Shown here one piece after another: positions 42,191-54,464 of a DNA stretch of 64,000 bases. This DNA is from Piromyces finnis finn (Eukaryota > Fungi > Neocallimastigomycota). A program made the position numbers and the translations under genes. The stretch's first letter is position 1; every line of letters starts with the position of its first letter. The notes under the pieces are model-generated. The model saw only the letters and a list, made by a program, of their open reading frames with translations. It was not told the origin of the DNA and made no database searches. The stretch lies in contig MCFH01000001.1 in the NCBI GenBank assembly GCA_002104945.1, positions 1,674,001 through 1,738,000 of the forward strand. Reading direction: 5' to 3'.

Positions 42191-43420
42191 ATATATTTAA
42201 AATAATTTTTATTTTATAAAAAAAATAAGTATTTTAAAAACTTTAAAATAAATTTTTATATAGGGTATATAATATTTTTTAATATTTTAAATGTTTTATT
42301 AAATATCTTTATAATTATATAAATACATTTTTCATTTTATTTTTTTACGTACTAATGGATAATACATCAATATTTTTATTCAGAAATAAAGTTTTTAAAG
42401 TTTCAAGATTTATATTATAATACAATCACTAAATATTTAAAATATTTACAATAAAATACAATTTAAAAGCAAGTATCAAATATATTAATATTAATGCTTA
42501 TAATAGATTACTTTAAAACTTTACTGCACTACAATGATATAATACATTCATTATATTTAAAATCATTATTATTATTATTATTATTATTATTTTTAAATAA
42601 AAATAATAAAGATATATAACTTTAAAAATACAAAAAATTTTTTTAACTTTGTTTTAAATAATAAATAATATTTTTATCTTAAATATATTGTTTGAATAAA
42701 AGTATGTAAAAAAAATATACAAAATATTTAATAGACAAATAACAAAATATAAAATGGTATATTTTATTATATTGAAATTCATACTAAAAAATTAAAATCA
42801 ATAATATCTTTTCCTTAAAAGATTATTTATAAATATATTTAAATTAATAAAGCAATTAATTGTATAAAATTACAAACACTGTTTATTAATTTTATTTTAT
42901 TATTTATATAATTTACAATAATTTATGATCTCCCTTCAAATTATTTTAATCGACTTTAAAAAAATAAGATTGTAATTAAAACAAAATGTATATTTGAATA
43001 ATTGATTATTTAAAATAAAGTTATTCTATTTTGCATTAGTTATATAATATAAAATAAAAATAAATGTGTAATTAAATTTTAATTTTTAAAAATTATGTAA
43101 ATTTTAAATTTAAAATGTTTATTTTTATAATTAATAAACATTTATAATAACTAAAATATTATTAGAAATGTTTCTAAATATATCTTAATTTTAAAAATGA
43201 AAAAAGTATAAAAACAAAGAATTTTTCTTCAGTTTTGAAAGTCATAATTCAATTCGAATTATAAAAATAATTAAAAAAAAAAACGACTGAAATTAATACC
43301 CTATAGTAAAAGAAATTATTTTACTATTATAACCCAAACTTCAATTAATTTTTTTTAAATAAAAAAAAAAATAATTTAATTCTTTTTTAAATTATTAATT
43401 AAACTAAAAAAATTATCAAA

Positions 43421-44788
43421 ATGGTTAGACAATCAGGTAACACTTTAATCAACAACAAGTCCTGGGCTCAAATTGTTATGGGTACTGGTGCTCAACAACA
43501 AAAGTTACAACAAAACAACTTACAAAGCAAGAAAGCTCAACCAAAGAACCAAAAGAAACAACAAACTCAAACCCAAAAAACAAACACTCAACAATTAAAA
43601 CAAGTCAAGCAATTCCTTGACAAACCAAAGAATTCCGTTAAACAAAACAAGAAGTTTGTTTCTACTACCCAATACCCACGTTCTATTTCATCTGCTCAAC
43701 TTAAGGCTTTACAACAAGAATACCAAGAATTATGTAATTTGTTTAATGCTAACAATTACTTTGGAAAGTCCGTCTACAGTCAAAAGAAAGCTTGGATTCA
43801 AACAAGAGGATCAAATGTAATTAGTGTTGCTTCTTGTTACTCTTTAAGACACAAGCCAGTTCAAAACTTAATTCGTCCACAACAAAAGAGAGCTATGAAC
43901 AATGGATTAAAATTCACTCCAAAGCAAAACAAGAATATGATGAAAAAGAACCAAAAGAACCTTAAGAACAATAAGAGTCAACAACCAAAGTTTGGTGAAA
44001 ATAAACAGTCAAACTGGAGTACCGAAAAGGCTTGGGGCAAAAACCAACCAAAGCAAATCCGTGAACCACCAAAGGAACAAGCTATTCAACAACAACAATT
44101 AAAGCAACAACAACAACAAATTGAAAAGATTCAACAACGTCACAGAAAGCAAATGGAATTACTCCAAAAGGCTCAATTAAAACAACAAGAACTTCTTCTT
44201 AAGAAACAAACTGAACAAAGAAAGAAGTTACTTCAATACCAAAAGCAACAAAAGATGAGACTTCAATCTCAAACTAACCAACGTTCCGCTCCAGTAAGAC
44301 AAGCTCCAGCTCAAGCTCCAGTCAAGGTACTTCGTTCAGTTAACCAAAAGGCTAATGTTAAACAAGCTAAGCCATTAAGAAATAGACTTGAAGCTGTTCG
44401 TAAGCAAAACCAATTAGTTGGAAAGGAAACTTTCACTTACACTCTTAACCAATTAGTTGATGCTATGAACTACTACCCAAAGAAATCTTACAGTACTGAA
44501 AGTGCTTGGAAGTACAACAAATTCATTGGCGGATTCTTCTCATCTGCCTCATACTTCGCTCAAAAGAATGCTCCATTTGTTCCAAGCAGTCGTCCAAGAG
44601 TTAATGTAACTAATGGTTTACAAGTTTACACCTACAATGAAAAACCAACTACTAAGAATTTCATTACCCCATACAAGTCCTCCTTACAAGGAGTCCGTAC
44701 TGAAGGTAATGGTAGATATTTCGAACACTGGCATATTGGTAGTATTTGGACCCACTATTACTCAAAGCCAGTTGCTAGAAGAGCATAA
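43421..44788 (+). CDS. Unrecognised 455-aa intronless, strongly basic Gln/Lys/Asn-rich protein with an aromatic-rich C-terminal region
   Basis: Long open frame with clear coding periodicity and biased codon choice (frequent AAC, AAG, TAC, TTC, CGT, GCT, CCA) unlike neighbouring genes. I recognise no domain. Confidence 0.85.
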   Translation: MVRQSGNTLINNKSWAQIVMGTGAQQQKLQQNNLQSKKAQPKNQKKQQTQTQKTNTQQLKQVKQFLDKPKNSVKQNKKFVSTTQYPRSISSAQLKALQQEYQELCNLFNANNYFGKSVYSQKKAWIQTRGSNVISVASCYSLRHKPVQNLIRPQQKRAMNNGLKFTPKQNKNMMKKNQKNLKNNKSQQPKFGENKQSNWSTEKAWGKNQPKQIREPPKEQAIQQQQLKQQQQQIEKIQQRHRKQMELLQKAQLKQQELLLKKQTEQRKKLLQYQKQQKMRLQSQTNQRSAPVRQAPAQAPVKVLRSVNQKANVKQAKPLRNRLEAVRKQNQLVGKETFTYTLNQLVDAMNYYPKKSYSTESAWKYNKFIGGFFSSASYFAQKNAPFVPSSRPRVNVTNGLQVYTYNEKPTTKNFITPYKSSLQGVRTEGNGRYFEHWHIGSIWTHYYSKPVARRA

Positions 44789-45543
44789 ATATAATTGTAA
44801 GTTTTTTTTTAATTAATTAATTTTTTAAGTTTTATTTTAAATTTTTTTTTAGTATTATTTAAAAAATAAATAATATTTTATTATAATTATTTATTTTGTA
44901 AAATTATAATAAAAAAAAAAATAAATAAAGTTTAAATTTTAAAAAAAAAATATTATTTTTGTAATTTTGAAGTATTTGTGTGAAAAAAAATAAAATATTT
45001 ACTTTATTTTCTACTTGTTGTCAAAAGAAAAATAAAGAATTTATTTTATTTCTTATTTATAAAAATGAATAAAATATTTCAAATATAAATAATACATTTG
45101 TAATTCATACGTATTATTATTATAATAGTAATTATAATTTATATTTATATATATATTTATAATTTATAAGTAGTAAGAGCTATATATAAAGTTATTTAAA
45201 ATTTAAAATAAATGCTATATTATTTTGTTTTTAATATTTTAATTTTTATTTAAATTATATTTTATTTTTTCTGTTTTAATTTATTATTACATTCATCATT
45301 ACTTTTTTTTTTTTTTTTAATTGTTTCTTATCATTTTTCATTTTTTTTTATAATTTTTTTTATCATATTTTAATTATACTATTATACATTCCAAAAAAAA
45401 TTTTTATTTTTGATAAATTATTTAAAAGGAAACAAATTCTTTGTATCCTTTTTAAATTCATATACTTATGTTTAATCTCTGTAATAGAGTTATTTATATA
45501 TATAATAAAAGAGTCAAGTTAAGTTTCCTGTTTGTTTTTTAAT

Positions 45544-46416
45544 TTATTCAAAAACAACAGTTTTGTTTTCATAAGTTAAAACCTTATGTAATAAATGTAA
45601 TCTTAAAGCTCTAGCTAAAACAATTTTTTCAAGATCTTTTCCTTTTCTAACTAAATCATTAACAGTGTCACGGTGACTAATTCTGACAACATCTTGTTCA
45701 ATAATTGGTCCAGCATCTAATTGAGCAGTAACAAAGTGGGCTGTTGCACCAATAATTTTAACACCACGCTTATGAGCTTGATGATATGGTTTAGCGCCAA
45801 TGAAAGCTGGTAAGAAAGAGTGATGAATATTAATAACTGTTCTTCCATCATTGTTTAAAGTATCAACTAAATTATCACTAAGAATTTGCATGTATTTAGC
45901 TAATACAATAACATCTATATTATATTCTCTCATAAGCTCAATTTGCTTTTGTTCAACTTCTGGTTTGTTTTCTTTGTTCATTGGAATGTGAATAAATGGA
46001 ATTCCAAAATTATCGATTTTTGATTTTAAATCAGGATGATTACTCAAAATAACACTAATTTCAGCATTACCAAGTTCTTTAGCTTGATTTCTCCATAAAA
46101 GATCTAAAACACAGTGATCTTGCTTTGAACACCAAATTGCAACTTTAATTGGTGTGTCAGAAAAGTGAAGTGTCCATTTTCCATTGTAAGGAGTACAAAG
46201 CTCAGAAACTCTTTCTTTAATATCTTCACGTTTGATTTTAAATCCTTCTAATAACCATTCAATTCTACCTAAAAAGAATCCATGTTGGTGGTCATTGTGA
46301 AAATCTGAATCAACAATGCAACCACCATTATTATAAATAAATGATGAAAGATTAGATACAATACCATTTGTGTCTGGACATACTAAAAGTAAAGCAACTG
46401 TTGTTTTTTTATCCAT
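45544..46416 (-). CDS. purU: Formyltetrahydrofolate deformylase (PurU), intronless
   Basis: N-terminal ACT-like CPDTNGIVS, SKQDHC, VLAKYMQILS, INIHHSFLPAFIGAKPYHQAHKRGVKIIGATAHFVT, LDAGPIIEQDVVRISHRD and GKDLEKIVLARAL...KTVVFE. Confidence 0.95.
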   Translation of the reverse strand: MDKKTTVALLLVCPDTNGIVSNLSSFIYNNGGCIVDSDFHNDHQHGFFLGRIEWLLEGFKIKREDIKERVSELCTPYNGKWTLHFSDTPIKVAIWCSKQDHCVLDLLWRNQAKELGNAEISVILSNHPDLKSKIDNFGIPFIHIPMNKENKPEVEQKQIELMREYNIDVIVLAKYMQILSDNLVDTLNNDGRTVINIHHSFLPAFIGAKPYHQAHKRGVKIIGATAHFVTAQLDAGPIIEQDVVRISHRDTVNDLVRKGKDLEKIVLARALRLHLLHKVLTYENKTVVFE

Positions 46417-47668
46417 CTTTCTTTTTCTTTTTTTAATTAAAATTTAATGTACTTCTTGGAATGAAAAAAAAAAATAATAATAATAATAAATATATTAAAT
46501 ATATAAAATTGAATTTAGTATTAATCAAAAAATAAATACCAATAAATGCATTAGAATAATGTACAACGTACTTATCATTGTAATAAAAAGTTTATAAATG
46601 TATATGAACCAAAATTCTTATTATTCAAGATTAAAAAAAAATTAAAAATGTTTATAATGATAAATAAAGAATAGAGGAAAAATTTAATAACTTTTAGGCA
46701 AAAAAAAAAACTAAAAATGAAGGGTTTTTTTCATTTCTTTTCTTTTAATAGTTTAATATTTAGAAATACGTTGAGAGTATAAATAGAATTAAAAATAAAA
46801 ATAAATTTGTATATATAAAATCAAAAAATTATAATCATTTAACTGAAATAAAAATAAAAATAAAAAGATAATTTTAATTATAAATTAAATTTACATATAT
46901 TAAAATATATTATTTAACTTTTAAAAATTATTAAAGTGTACATCTTATTTAATAGAAATAAAGTTTATATGTTAAATAAAAAAAATGTAATTATTCATAG
47001 TTCATATTAAAATATTCAAATAATAAAATAATTAAAAGAAGAATTAATTGTTTAACTTTTTTATTTTCTAAACACATTTATTTCATTTTACACAATAAAT
47101 TATATTTATAATAGAATATATATATATATTAATATATATATATATAAAGAAACTAAAAAATTAGATAAAGCAATATTGAAATATAAAAATCAAAAAGTTA
47201 ATTTTATCTCTTTTTATATTTTACTTTTATTGTAGATATATATATATACATTTATTATACATTATAATAAATCAATAAATCACCATTAATTATAATTATT
47301 CCCTTAAATGTTTTCTTTAATAATATAATTTTTATTATAAACAATATATTTTTGAACATCTAATTTTTCAGTAAATTTCATTAAAATTTAAACTAAATCA
47401 ATAAAAATTATTGAAGTTTGTAATACAATCTATCTTTCCGTTAACATAAACATAAATATAAATATAAATATACATCAAGTCTTATTCTGAAAGGAAAAGA
47501 AAAAAAAATAAAAACAAAAAAAAAAAAAATAAAAAACACTTATATCTTATTTTCCTTAAGAAAAAAAACATAAAGTTAATTATTTATTATTCTTTTTCTT
47601 TAAAAAAAAAAAAACTAAAAAAGAATTTGAAATTATTTTATAAAAAAATCATAATAAAAGTATAAAAT

Positions 47669-49493
47669 ATGGGTCAACTTTTATCTGAACCAGTTTTAGA
47701 AAAAGAAACGAATTATGGTGGAAATGATAAAGTTATATTTGCTATAAGCTCAATGCAAGGCTGGAGAATTTGTAATATAAACAAATTTCAATTATAATCA
47801 AATAAATTATTACACAGTAGTACTTTGTACTTAACATTTTAAATTAAATAATAACGTTTATTTTTATTTTATTTTATTTTATTAATAATATTATTATTTA
47901 TTTATTTATTTATTTAATAATATAAATTAATATAATAAAAAATAATATATATATATTTAAAAAACAGCCATGGAAGATGCACATATAGCAATATTATCAT
48001 TAGTAGAAGAACTAGAAAAAATAGAAAAAGAAAAAGAAAATAGCAATTCAGGAGATAATAATGAAAATATTGAGATTAATGCAAATAATTTAGAAAACGA
48101 CATATCATTTTTTGGAGTATTTGATGGTCATAGTGGTGGAGTTGTTTCAAAATATGCTAGTAAAGAATTACATAAAATACTTATTAATGACAATGAATTT
48201 AAATCAAAAAATTATGAAAAAGCATTAAAATCAGCCTTTTTTAAATTAGATGACCAAATGCAAAAAGGTAATTGTTTTTTTTTTTTTTTTTTTTATTATT
48301 ATTTTATTATTTTTTATTAGTTATATATGTTTATTTACAAAATATATTCCATATTACTAGAGTTGTTATTATCACATAATAAACTTAAATATTTAATAAA
48401 TAAATAAAAATATATTTATAATAAAAATATTACTCATATTATAATCTAAACAGACGCAGAATTATCAAATTGTGAAGCTGGTTCAACTGCAGTAGTATCT
48501 TTAATAGTAGATAAATCTTTGTATATTGCAAATTGTGGGGATTCTAGAGCAATTATATCATCGAATGGTAAAGCAATAGCTTTGTCTATAGATCATAAAC
48601 CAACGTTACCAGGTTATTATAATATAAATATAAATATAAATATAAATATAAATATAAATATAAATATAAATATAAATATAAATATAAATATAAATATAAA
48701 TATAAATATAAATATAAACAAATTTTAATAATTATGTTATTTATTAATTTAGATGAAAAAACAAGAATATATAATAGTGGTGGATTCCTTCAATCAGGAA
48801 GAGTTAATGGTATATTTTTATTTTTTTATTTTTCAAAAAAAAAAAAAAAGTATATAATGAATAAATAAAAATTTATATATTATTAACAAATTTATATATT
48901 ATTACTTATTTATAAATTAAATAATAATTATAATATATTTATATATTAATGTATTGTTTCTAGGACAACTCGCTGTATCAAGATCATTAGGTGATTTTAT
49001 TTATAAAACAAATACAGGAATATCAAATGAAGAACAAACAGTTACAGCAAATCCAGATGTACAATTTAGAAATATAGTAGAAGATGATGAATTTATGGTT
49101 TTAGCATGTGATGGTAAAAAATAATAATGCTCAATACTTTGATGAAATAGTAGTATAATAATAGAATATTTTATTTTAATTTATTTAGGTGTATGGGATT
49201 ATATGTCTAATGAACAAGTTATAGATTTTATTAGGGAAGGAATATCAAATAGATTAGGTTTAAGTCAAATTGCAGAAAATTTATTAAATGAATGTGCAAG
49301 TGAGAAGGCTGATGGTTCTAAAAAGCCAAGTTTTGACAATATGACAATGATTATAGTTGGTTTCTTACACGGAAAAACAAAGGAAGAATATTATAATATG
49401 ATAAAAGATCGTTATATAAAAGAGCATCCAGAAAAACAAATTAATAATGTTGATTCTGAAATCATAGAAAAAACATCTACAGTAAAAAAATAA
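47669..49493 (+). CDS. PP2C (PPM) Ser/Thr phosphatase, Ptc2/Ptc3 type, multi-exon
   Basis: MGQLLSEPV...SSMQGWRI/SMEDAH, FFGVFDGHSG, AGSTA, YIANCGDSRA, LSIDHKP, GRVNG, LAVSRSLGDF, FMVLACDGVWD and DNMTMIIV. Confidence 0.92.
48621..48718. repeat. (TATAAA)n hexamer microsatellite, about 16 units, inside a PP2C intron
   Basis: Read directly; it begins a few bases after the donor that follows HKPTLP. Confidence 0.95.
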
Positions 49494-49657
49494 TACAAAA
49501 TATTAAATAAAACTTTTAGCAATCATTAATAAATATATTATTAATTATTAAGTAATTAAATATTATCTTACATATATTAATTACAATACATAATATTGAA
49601 ACAAATAATTTATAATAAAAAAAGAAAAAAAAAAAATGTTTGTTTTAAAAGTTTCAA

Positions 49658-49714
<57 letters not shown>

Positions 49715-50290
49715 AGAAAAAAAAAAAAAAAAACACATTGAAGTTGTTTTAAATTAGTATACAAAAACAATAATCATTTAATATATTTTATTATTTAATA
49801 TATTTAATTTTATTTTATTTATAAATTTATTATCTATAATAAATAAAATCATCAAACAATAATTATTTAAAAATATTCAATAAATATTTTCATTTGCCTT
49901 TTTTTATTTACTTTATTTTAATATATTTTAAATGTTATTATAAATTAAATATATATATATTTTTTTTAATAATAAATCAATTTATAAAATGGATAATACA
50001 TCAAATAAAAATTTTTTATTAAATATTAGCATTTAATTTTTATAGGTAAAATATATAGATTATTATTATTTGATTAAAAAGATATTAAAATTATGTAGGG
50101 AGGAAAAAATAATAAAAACTATAAATAAATATATAGCTCTTTTTTTAAAATTAGAATCATTTTAAAGTAAAGCCATTTTTGTTTTAGCATTGACTTAGCA
50201 ATTTAATAAAAAATAAGTAAAAAAAAAAATATGAAAATTAATAAATTTTTAAAAATAATATAAACATAAATTATTAAATTAAATACAAAA

Positions 50291-53200
50291 TTAAATATCA
50301 TCTGCTAAGTATTGCATTTCTGAATAGTAAGCTGTTACAACAGTTCTCTCATTAAATTTTCTTCCTGCTAATGCTTTATAAGCAATCATTGATTGATCTG
50401 TTGTTTCATATTCAATATATATCTATTCATTATATATTGATAATAATTTTAATATTAATAAAAAAATAAAATAAAAATAAAAAATTATTATTATTATTAT
50501 TTATAAATATTTAATTATATGATTATATGATTATAAAATTACCTTTCCAACATTCGATAATTCCTTATTTTCTGTTGGACGAGGAATCTTTATACTTAAA
50601 ATATTACCAAAATTTTTACATTCATTCATTACATCTTCTCTAATTTCTTTTATCATAGATAATAAAATATTTGAAAATATTAATAATATAATTAATTGTC
50701 TTATAAAAAAACATATATATTTTTTAAAAAAAAAAAAAAAAAAAAAATACCTTCATAAAATTGATCGTTTAATAATTCTTCTTCTGTAACCATATTAAGT
50801 AATAATAATATTTTTGTTGGCTCGATTTTTCCATTTACAATTTGATAAATATTAGAAATAGAAGAAGTTGGATGTACAACCTTATTTGCACCAACACTAG
50901 CTCTTTGAACAACTAATTTCTTTCCAGCAATTTCTAAATTATTTAATCCTTGACATACAGTATCTGTAACATTTGGATCTATATATTCACAAAATGCATA
51001 ACCTCTTGAAATACCTGTAGCTTTATCTTTAACTAAATTGAAAGCACGTAATGGACCAAATGATTTTAAAATTTCTAATACATTCTCATCAGTAAGATGA
51101 TCAGGTAAGCCACCAATAAATATTTTATATGGACTATCTGAAACGTTTGTTGACACTACAAATATTCAAAATAATTATATATTAATATGTTTTTATTATC
51201 ATAATTCTACTTTAAATTGCTTATATTTAAAAAGTTAGTTTTATAATTCAAATAATCAATTATATAATTACTTGTATTATGCATAGGTTGTGGGTCAACT
51301 TGACCTTCTGGTGGATGATAATTCTTTGGTCTTCTAATTTTTAATATTTGACCATTACAAGAAATACGACCATCAAGATTCATTGCATTATTTGTTTCTT
51401 CGGTATCTCTGAACTTTTATTTCAATAATCATTATTTAAAAAAAAATTATGTTAACATAAATTTGATAATTAAATATTAAGTTTTATTTATTTTTCATTA
51501 TTAATAATAATTATATTATTATTATTTGTATTATCACAAAATAAAAACATATTTTTTCAAGTAAACAATAATTACTTCAATAAATGCATAATTCTTTTCA
51601 ATTTGAGCACCTATTACTGATTCTCCTGGACCTTTATTAATATGAAATTCAACCATTTTACTGTTAAAGAAATCAATTAATGCTTTCTGTTATGCAGATA
51701 TTTTTTAGGAAAATTGATTTATTATGATAATAAATATGTTGTTATTATTGGTTACATAATAAAAATAATACTACATCAATGTGCAATATAATTATAATAC
51801 AAACCTCGTTAATACCAAATGGTATGTTACCAACATATAATTTCTTATCTTGTTTTAAATTCACTGGTTGACTTATTGGACGCATATTTGGATTATTTCT
51901 TGTTGCCATAGCAAATCTTTTTGTTTGATCTGGGTTTAACATGCTTTGCATTTGAGATACTGGAGTGTTAGCTACTAAGTCTGTAATTTTTGGTGCTTGA
52001 ACACCTAATGGAAAATGTCCTATAATTTATTTGTTTATTTATTTGTTTATTTGTATATTTATTTTATGTTATATTATATTATATTATATATTATTATATA
52101 ATAATGAAATTTGTTTTTACCTGTTGCCTTAACTTGAGCAACAGTCATTCCTTCATATCCAGATGGAGGGACATCCCAGTTATTTAATTTTCTTTTTTTT
52201 AAATGAAGTGGTGTTACTGATCTTTCTCTTCTTGGACTACGAGATCTATCATATCTTGAGCTTCGACTTCTGTTTATATTATTTTTATTTTTTTAATTAA
52301 TTAAATCATGAAATTAATATACTTTTAATTGTTTTTTATGATTATTTGATTATTACTAGTATTATATAAATTATTATTAAACAATACTATTAAAATAACC
52401 TTGATCTATATCTTCTTCTTCTTGAACGACTTCTATCTCTTGTTCTTGAACGACTTGAATGTCTACTTGCATGTCTATCTCTACTTCTACTTCTGTCTCT
52501 TCTTGAATGGTGGTCCCTTTTTTCACGTCTACTACTGTGTCTACTGCTTCTGCTTCTGTCTCTATCTCTGTCTCTATCTCTATCTCTTTCTTTTTCTCTT
52601 CTTTTTTCTCTTTCTCTATCTTTATCTTCTTCTTCTACCTCTTTCTTTACATCTTCATTTTCCATTGCAGATGAAATTTCTAAAATTATAAAAAAAAAAT
52701 ATTAATTATAATAATGATATATGATATATATAATAATTATATATTGTTGTTGTTGCTTTATTTTTGTTTTTATAGATTAATAAAAAAAAAACAATAAAAT
52801 TTATAAATACCTTGATATGATTCATCTTGATATTTGTCCTCTTCAATGTCATAAGCGTCTCCTTTTTATCATATATATAAATATTGTTAATTTTTTAAAT
52901 TATTTTTCATTGTTTGTTTGCTTGTTTTTATTACTATTATTTAATAAAAATAGGTTTATTCATATGTATTGTATTCTTTAAATTTTATATTTCTCATTTT
53001 ATAAGATTTAAAAAAAAATCATTTTTAATATTATGAAATAATAAAATGAAAACATTTACTATTTAATAATTTTTAAAAGATTTTATTATAATTATTTTTT
53101 TTTTAGTGTAATAAATTTGAAATATAACATTTAGAATAATACAATTATTTTATAATTGCTTTAACTAACGATTTGATAATTAAAAAGATTATAATTAATA

Positions 53201-53652
53201 TAAATCTAATATTATGATCCATGTAACAACTAAAAATTTGAAATTGATTTGGATAACAATAAAAAAAAAAAAAAGAATTTATAATATTCTTATCCTTTTC
53301 TTAAAAGAAAAAATTAATATTTATTATTTCAATTTAATATATACAGCTATTAATTTAGATTGCATTCTTTATGAATTAGAATTTTATATAATTCGTTTTT
53401 GAGCTTTTAAAAGTAAATAATTAATACAAGCATTTAAATTAATATTCATTAAATAGAAATTTCACAATTATCTGTTTATAGTGAGTATATCAAAGTTATA
53501 AATATGTTATTCAAACTTAATTGTTCTTGCATATTTATTGTTTAAGAAAAGAAGGAAAAAAAGAAAGAAAGAAAGAAAGAAAGAAAAAAGGGGGAAAATA
53601 TAAAAGAAAGAAAAATGATTCTAATTATATTGTTTTAATTACCTGAACCCAT
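50291..53652 (-). CDS. Splicing factor U2AF large subunit (U2AF65/Prp2), multi-exon; probable micro first exon ATGGGTTCAG at 53652-53643
   Basis: RS-rich N-terminus, KLNNWDVPPSGYEGMT, KKLYVGNIP, EKNYAFIEFR, LKIRRPKNY, VSDSPYKIFIGGLP, GPLRAFNLVKDKATGISRGYAFCEY, UHM ILLLLNMV...VGKVYIEY and RKFNERTVVTAY. The first exon is inferred from a phase-compatible ATG GGT TCA G/GTAATT joined to the acceptor at 52861. Confidence 0.92.
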
Positions 53653-54464
53653 TTTGTTATATTAAGATTTGACAAAAGATAATGCTTTTTTAAATTTGAA
53701 ATAATAATATTGGATTATTAATATATTTATAAAAATATCTTTTTGATTATTATTAATTTACTTATAATTACTTTTTTAACAAAATGGTACTTTCTAACTA
53801 AAAAACTTTTCAAAAATTTTTAATAATTTAGTGGATAAAAAAAATAAAAAATATATATATTAAATTATATATTAATCAATTTAAATAATTTATATATTTA
53901 ATTGAAAAAAATGTACAATATATCTAAATTTTTATCAAAAACTACTTCAAAACTATAGCAGAAAAATATACTAAAAAGAATTAACTATCTTTACTATTTA
54001 AAATTTAATGTTATTTACTTTATCCATCACATTGTTAAATATATAAATATTAAGTTAACCTTATGTTATTTAATTTATAAAAAAAGAATAATAGACATTC
54101 TCTTAATTATATATATGTATATTTTATACAATTTATTAAAATATAAATTTAACATTTATTATAATTGGAAATTATAATAATATATATTAATTTATTACTC
54201 AAAATAATAAATGAAAAAAAAAAAAAAAAAAAATAATAATAATAATAATAATATAAAATTTCATTATTATATTTTTATAAATAATGTTTAAAAGTATTAA
54301 ATAAGAAGATTCTTTAAATTTTATATTCTTGTTATTAATAATTTATCATCATTAATATACTATCTTTAACTTATGCATGACTATTAATTCTATTTAAAAT
54401 AACAAAAATTCACCAAGTATATAAGTAATTCAATTGAAGTTTTCTTATAATTCTTTATTTTATA

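Noticed and set aside
43207-43213. TATAAAA upstream of the orphan gene
   Set aside because: TATA-like words are everywhere in this genome, so it carries no information without TSS data.
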